The notes beneath the pieces were generated by a model. That model saw nothing but the letters and a program-made list of their open reading frames with translations, searched no databases and was not told where the DNA came from. Positions 59,703 to 64,000 of a DNA stretch of 64,000 bases are shown here, one piece after another (the stretch's first letter is position 1; each line of letters opens with the position of its first letter). This stretch comes from an uncultured delta proteobacterium (GTDB lineage: Bacteria > Desulfobacterota > RBG-13-43-22), in NCBI GenBank assembly GCA_963790475.1, contig CAWBOS010000012.1:544001-608000 (forward strand). The letters run 5' to 3'. The translations under genes were made by a program, and so were the position numbers.

Positions 59703-62287
59703 TTTTCATCCAGGAAATTCTTAGACAGGGCCTCAACACTGGTCTCACTATGCATGAGCATATCCATCTGTCTGGTAAATAAAAGCAACCGGCCTAGATG
59801 GTCCAGTTTTTCTTCGATGAGAGAGCACCTATATTTCTGGAAGCGGGCATCTACACGGTCCCCATTGACGTCCACCACAAAATCCAGGGCCTTCAGGATC
59901 AGGCCGATGGCCCGGACACGGCGATTCCGGCGCGTATCATCAGCCGCCCCCCCCTTGAAAGAAAAAGTGATATAATTCATATTATCACTGGGGCCGCAAT
60001 AAGAATCCAGGATGCTGTAATGATAACCCACCCGGGAACTGAAATTGAGATAATTGTCGGAAATGATGGCATAGCTTCTGTCCCCGAAGCGTTCACTCCC
60101 AGCCGGGGGCGGGGCCATCATCTGCTCTCTCATTACCGAAAAGAATCCGCCTAAACTGACCGGTCTTAATTGGGGCTGCTGAAACACTTCATGAGTCATC
60201 CCTCTCAGGAGGGCCTTAAAAGGCACGGAAGCTATATCCTTGACGGTCACTTTCTTCAGTACTTCTTCGGCTTTGGTTGTATTTAGCCCCTCCCCCAGAT
60301 CAATCACATGAAGATCCAAAGGGATCCTGGCATCCAGTTTGAATGCGAACCCCTCTTTCCCGGAGACCAGATCGCTGAGCTGAAACATCTCGGAATAAGA
60401 CCGTTCATGAACCAGTCTCCCGATATCATGGAGGGTCTGGCAATAGTCAGGAGCAAAGTTGGCGGCTTTCGGGTCCATTAAGGTCAAAGGCACTATCAGG
60501 TCGGCTACACGGCGTAGGGATTGATAGACCGGAGTTCCCTTCATCGGGGATTCGGATAGCTTTTGAAAAGAGGATAATTCAGGAACATTTCCTTGATAGA
60601 CTCGTCCTGAATAAGCATCGACGGTTATCTCCATCCCCGAAGGAATAGCCGATGTGGCCATCCGGGTATCCAGGATTGTGGGAACAGCAAATTCCCTGAC
60701 CAGTGAAGCCATGTGGCCGGTGACGCTGCCCAAATCAGTTAAAATAGCACTGGCCTTTTTCATAACGATGACAAATTTGGGAGAGGAATGCCTGGCCACT
60801 AAAACGGCCCCATCCGGGAAATTCAACAGGTCTTCCTCTGAATGAATTTGAAAAGCCGGACCTGACCCTATTCCGGGGAAGGCAACGGCCCCATCCTCGA
60901 TTAACAAAGGATAATTGGGTATCAGGGGAATCGACTTAAGACCCGTTTCAGGAGGATGCACCTGGAGAGGACGGGATTGGAGGATGAGCAGATGCCCGGT
61001 CTCGTCCAAGGCCCATTCAATATCCTGAGGGCTTTTAAAGTGGTCCTCCAATTTTAAGGCCCATTCGGCCAGCATGCCAAGCTGCTCCGGTGAGAGACAG
61101 GGGATGTCCTGGTTTTGAGGGAGGACCGCTATTTCCTTGATTCCCCCTTGGGGATCATTGATTAATTGAACCGGCTTATGAGAAATAGCCGTAACCAGAA
61201 TATCGCGGGAGCTGTCCTTGGCCACCGTATAGGAGTCCGGGGTGATTCTTCCTTCTACGGCATAGGGACCCAGTCCCCAAACGGCGGTGATGGTAATATG
61301 ATCCCCTAAAATATTCAACGGATCGCGGGTATAAATTACACCACTGGCCTGAGAATTGATCATCTGAAGACAGGCCACGCTCATGGCAATATCTTCATCC
61401 CGAATCCCCTTATTCAGACGATAGGCAATGGCCCTGGGAGTAAATAAGCTGGCCACAACCTTTTTATAGGTCTCGATCAATTGATCGGAAGAAACGTTTA
61501 ATACCGAGAGGTATTGTCCGGCGAAGGAGAGTTCACTGTCCTCTCCGATGGCACTGCTCCGCATGGCCACCCGAGGGGATGGGTCCTTTGAGCCGGCCTT
61601 ATTTATCCTCTGAACCAATTGGTCATAGGCCGATCGAATGTCCCGCGCCAACTCATCCGGGAGTTGGGAGGAAAGGATGATTTCTTGGATTTCCCGGCTG
61701 GCCCGGCTGATGGATTCCGGATCGTAGGGGTCGATTTCCATCTTCTTGGCATTGATCTCTTCGAAAAGATTATTATGAGCTAACAAAGTCTCAAAAGCCC
61801 GGGTGGTAATGGCGAATCCTTCCGGGACCGGAAGATATAATCGACTGTGGATTTCACCCAGATTGGCATTCTTCCCTCCCACCCAGTCCATCATCTCTTT
61901 GTTGATTTGAGAATAGGCCAGGGTCGATTCTGTCGGCGGGGGTTCTGTTTTCTGTCCCAGTTCGGATTGGATTTTTAATTTAATTTCTTCCACCACTTCA
62001 AAAAGTTTGCCATAGCGGTGGTTGGATAAGTCATCCAGATTCTTTACCATCCTTAAGACATGGAAGACGGCCCGGTCCGATTGGGTTTTGACGTGAGCCA
62101 TGCCGAAGATTTGATGACCTCTGAGCTTTTCCTCCAGGTCCGTTAAGACCTTCAAAAATTGGGAATTGGAATCCAGAAGCATTTTAAAAGAGGAATATTT
62201 ATATCGAAATAAAAGGGCCAGACGATCCTTGGAAGGAGCTTCCTTTCGCGTTTTCCATCTATGCATTATCTTAAATTTCTTTATCAT
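59681..62287 (-). CDS. PEP synthase-like dikinase, copy B
   Basis: VGGKNANLGE, AMRSSAIGED..SFAGQY, PQDIEWA, GSVTGHMASLVRE; same novel C-terminal domain as copy A. Confidence 0.85.
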   Translation of the reverse strand: MIKKFKIMHRWKTRKEAPSKDRLALLFRYKYSSFKMLLDSNSQFLKVLTDLEEKLRGHQIFGMAHVKTQSDRAVFHVLRMVKNLDDLSNHRYGKLFEVVEEIKLKIQSELGQKTEPPPTESTLAYSQINKEMMDWVGGKNANLGEIHSRLYLPVPEGFAITTRAFETLLAHNNLFEEINAKKMEIDPYDPESISRASREIQEIILSSQLPDELARDIRSAYDQLVQRINKAGSKDPSPRVAMRSSAIGEDSELSFAGQYLSVLNVSSDQLIETYKKVVASLFTPRAIAYRLNKGIRDEDIAMSVACLQMINSQASGVIYTRDPLNILGDHITITAVWGLGPYAVEGRITPDSYTVAKDSSRDILVTAISHKPVQLINDPQGGIKEIAVLPQNQDIPCLSPEQLGMLAEWALKLEDHFKSPQDIEWALDETGHLLILQSRPLQVHPPETGLKSIPLIPNYPLLIEDGAVAFPGIGSGPAFQIHSEEDLLNFPDGAVLVARHSSPKFVIVMKKASAILTDLGSVTGHMASLVREFAVPTILDTRMATSAIPSGMEITVDAYSGRVYQGNVPELSSFQKLSESPMKGTPVYQSLRRVADLIVPLTLMDPKAANFAPDYCQTLHDIGRLVHERSYSEMFQLSDLVSGKEGFAFKLDARIPLDLHVIDLGEGLNTTKAEEVLKKVTVKDIASVPFKALLRGMTHEVFQQPQLRPVSLGGFFSVMREQMMAPPPAGSERFGDRSYAIISDNYLNFSSRVGYHYSILDSYCGPSDNMNYITFSFKGGAADDTRRNRRVRAIGLILKALDFVVDVNGDRVDARFQKYRCSLIEEKLDHLGRLLLFTRQMDMLMHSETSVEALSKNFLDENYSLSSS

Positions 62288-62295
62288 TTTAAGGT

Positions 62296-62324
62296 AATAT
62301 AATCAAGCCCCCCAGAGAATGCAA
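62296..62324 (-). promoter_or_regulatory. Sigma70 promoter ending 8 nt before the dikinase ATG
   Basis: TTGCAT-17-TATATT-ACCTTAAA-ATG. Confidence 0.5.
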
Positions 62325-62652
62325 CATTTTCTTCCAGGTCTTTCCCCTCAGGTAAGGCCAACCCCGGGAGCCGGCCCGGGTCAAGGATGAAATTGAAACT
62401 TCCACCCTGACTCTTCTACTCCCTTTTTGTCTTCCACCCAAAACTGAAGACCCCTCCTGTAAGAAAAAATGGGGCCTTGTAGGACTGCTTTATGGGACTT
62501 CTTTTCTATTTGACGGGAAACAGATTTGGAAGCAGGGTAACTCCCGTTAAAAATGATTAAACCTTACTTTCTGTTGAAGGAGTTTCCCGGATGGAATAGA
62601 GGAAGGCGGGAGGTAATGGCAGAAAGGAAGGGATCAAAACCCCCTCAAATCC

Positions 62653-62820
62653 TCATCCGCGTTTGCGGATATACTCCGACAGATAACCCATGCCGAGAAA
62701 GAAGACGGTCAAACTGATGATGCCGGGATAGGAAGTGCGTTGAAAAAACCAGCGGCTCAAAAGGATGGCCATCACCAGACTAAGGATGGCCCGTATCAAA
62801 AATTTTACCCAGGAGGACAT
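62653..62820 (-). CDS. Unannotated 55-aa two-TM protein (MSSWVKFLIRAILSLV...EYIRKRG)
   Basis: AAGGA RBS; clean hydrophobic ORF downstream of cinA. Confidence 0.65.
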   Translation of the reverse strand: MSSWVKFLIRAILSLVMAILLSRWFFQRTSYPGIISLTVFFLGMGYLSEYIRKRG

Positions 62821-62857
62821 CAGCTCGATTCCTTATTCTCTTCCCCGATTACCTGAT

Positions 62858-64000
62858 TCAGGCCGGTAAAAGTTTTCTTCTCAACCAATCCAAAGCCAGG
62901 ACAGTCACCCGGTCGGGCAGAGTCTCGCCAAATCCTCCGATTTTATAAGAAAAGGCCTCTTTCTTCTTTCCGGCCAGGGCCAGAGAAAGGGTTTGTTCCC
63001 CGGCCGTGCCTTCCACCCAGACCCCCAGGCCAAGATCGCTGAAAAATAATTTCCTGGTTTTTTTTGCCAGGAACAGGGCCATAGCCTCTTTTTCGAGGGC
63101 CGGCCTTGGAAAGGGCCACCCGCCGCCAGAGACCAATACCAGACTGCCTTTAAAAAAGGGACTGCCTGTGCTCTGAAATCTTTGGCTGATCCTTCCGGCG
63201 GTGAAAGTTTCCGCCGCGCTCAACGATAATTGTTTTTGCGCCAGCAATAAAGCCGACACCCCTTCCAGGGTCTCATCCCCCTGACCAAAGATCAGCATTC
63301 CCAAACGTTCCCTAATCTTGGTTTCCATGCCGGCAATAATCGACTGGGTTTCCTTTTTATCCCTTCCATGGGCGGTGATCCGGATCCGGATTTCACCTAC
63401 TGAGGCCAGCAGACCGATAACCGGGTTCTTGCTGTCCCTTATGAGATCGCCGATCTGTTCATCCACCCGGCTCTCACCCAGACCGCAGACCTTGAGGACC
63501 TTATATTCGATCAAGCCCTGATCCCGCCCCAATTTCTTTTTTAAAAAAGGCAGGACCGTGTCCTCTATCATTTTCTTCATTTCCCGGGGAACCCCCGGCA
63601 GGACGGCTATAAACCTGCCGGTCTCTGTTTCCAGTATGAATCCCGGGGCCGTTCCCTGGAGATTGGGAATGAGTCGCGCCCCGGCCGGCAAATAAGCTTG
63701 CTTGCGATTGTTGGCGGCCATGACAAATCCGGCCCGGTCAAAAAAAGATTTGATTAGTTGAAATAGTTTGGGATGGAAGACCAGTTTCTTCCCACAAACT
63801 TCGGCCACAATCTCCCGGGTCAAATCATCTTCGGTAGGTCCGATCCCCCCGGTGGTAATGATGACCTTGGATCTCTGGATGGCCCGGCGGATCACCGGGA
63901 TCATCCGTTTGGGATCATCCCCGACCATGGTTTGGAAAGCGGTTTCCAAACCGATTTCCTGCAAACGGGAGGCTATATGGGAAGTATTGGTATCAATAAT
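62858..64000 (-). CDS. cinA: CinA-family protein (MoCF-like + CinA domain), 5' partial
   Basis: IDTNT, VGDD, TGGIGPTEDDLT, GTAPG, LPGVPREM, SAAETFTAG. Confidence 0.88.
   Translation of the reverse strand: MIDTNTSHIASRLQEIGLETAFQTMVGDDPKRMIPVIRRAIQRSKVIITTGGIGPTEDDLTREIVAEVCGKKLVFHPKLFQLIKSFFDRAGFVMAANNRKQAYLPAGARLIPNLQGTAPGFILETETGRFIAVLPGVPREMKKMIEDTVLPFLKKKLGRDQGLIEYKVLKVCGLGESRVDEQIGDLIRDSKNPVIGLLASVGEIRIRITAHGRDKKETQSIIAGMETKIRERLGMLIFGQGDETLEGVSALLLAQKQLSLSAAETFTAGRISQRFQSTGSPFFKGSLVLVSGGGWPFPRPALEKEAMALFLAKKTRKLFFSDLGLGVWVEGTAGEQTLSLALAGKKKEAFSYKIGGFGETLPDRVTVLALDWLRRKLLPA

Overview
Chromosomal window from a Gram-negative anaerobe; gene content points to Desulfobacterota/Deltaproteobacteria (inference). 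The centre (~20-51.4 kb, minus strand) is a large outer-membrane/lipid A/LPS biogenesis cluster: lysS-lolC/E-lolD-bamA-skp-lpxD-fabZ-lpxA-lpxI-gnnA-like-lpxB-msbA, then lptF, lpxK, lpxL, Trm112/YcaR, waaA, waaF, waaC-like, GT2 and GT39. An inverted AT-rich GT39+2xPAP2 lipid A modification cassette and several gene remnants interrupt it. The cluster is flanked by two paralogous modules (A: 1.0-10.2 kb; B: 54.1-62.3 kb). Each has a sigma54 promoter, a DVU0150-like membrane protein, a TauE/SafE transporter, a dCache histidine kinase, stand-alone receivers and a PEP-synthase-like dikinase whose pyruvate-binding barrel is replaced by an uncharacterised C-terminal domain. These modules are the best candidate for an undescribed system. 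Two apparently identical IS1182-family elements inserted at CTAG bracket an OprO/P-type porin and a NUDIX gene. Other notable signals: an ATT start on lpxB, a shared sigma54 enhancer motif, unannotated small proteins (including a truncated Asp->Glu receiver), a degenerate attC, two related long-hairpin intergenic elements, a duplicated leaderless promoter, heptamer repeats and four +1 frameshifts that are probably assembly errors. No rRNA, tRNA or CRISPR array was seen.
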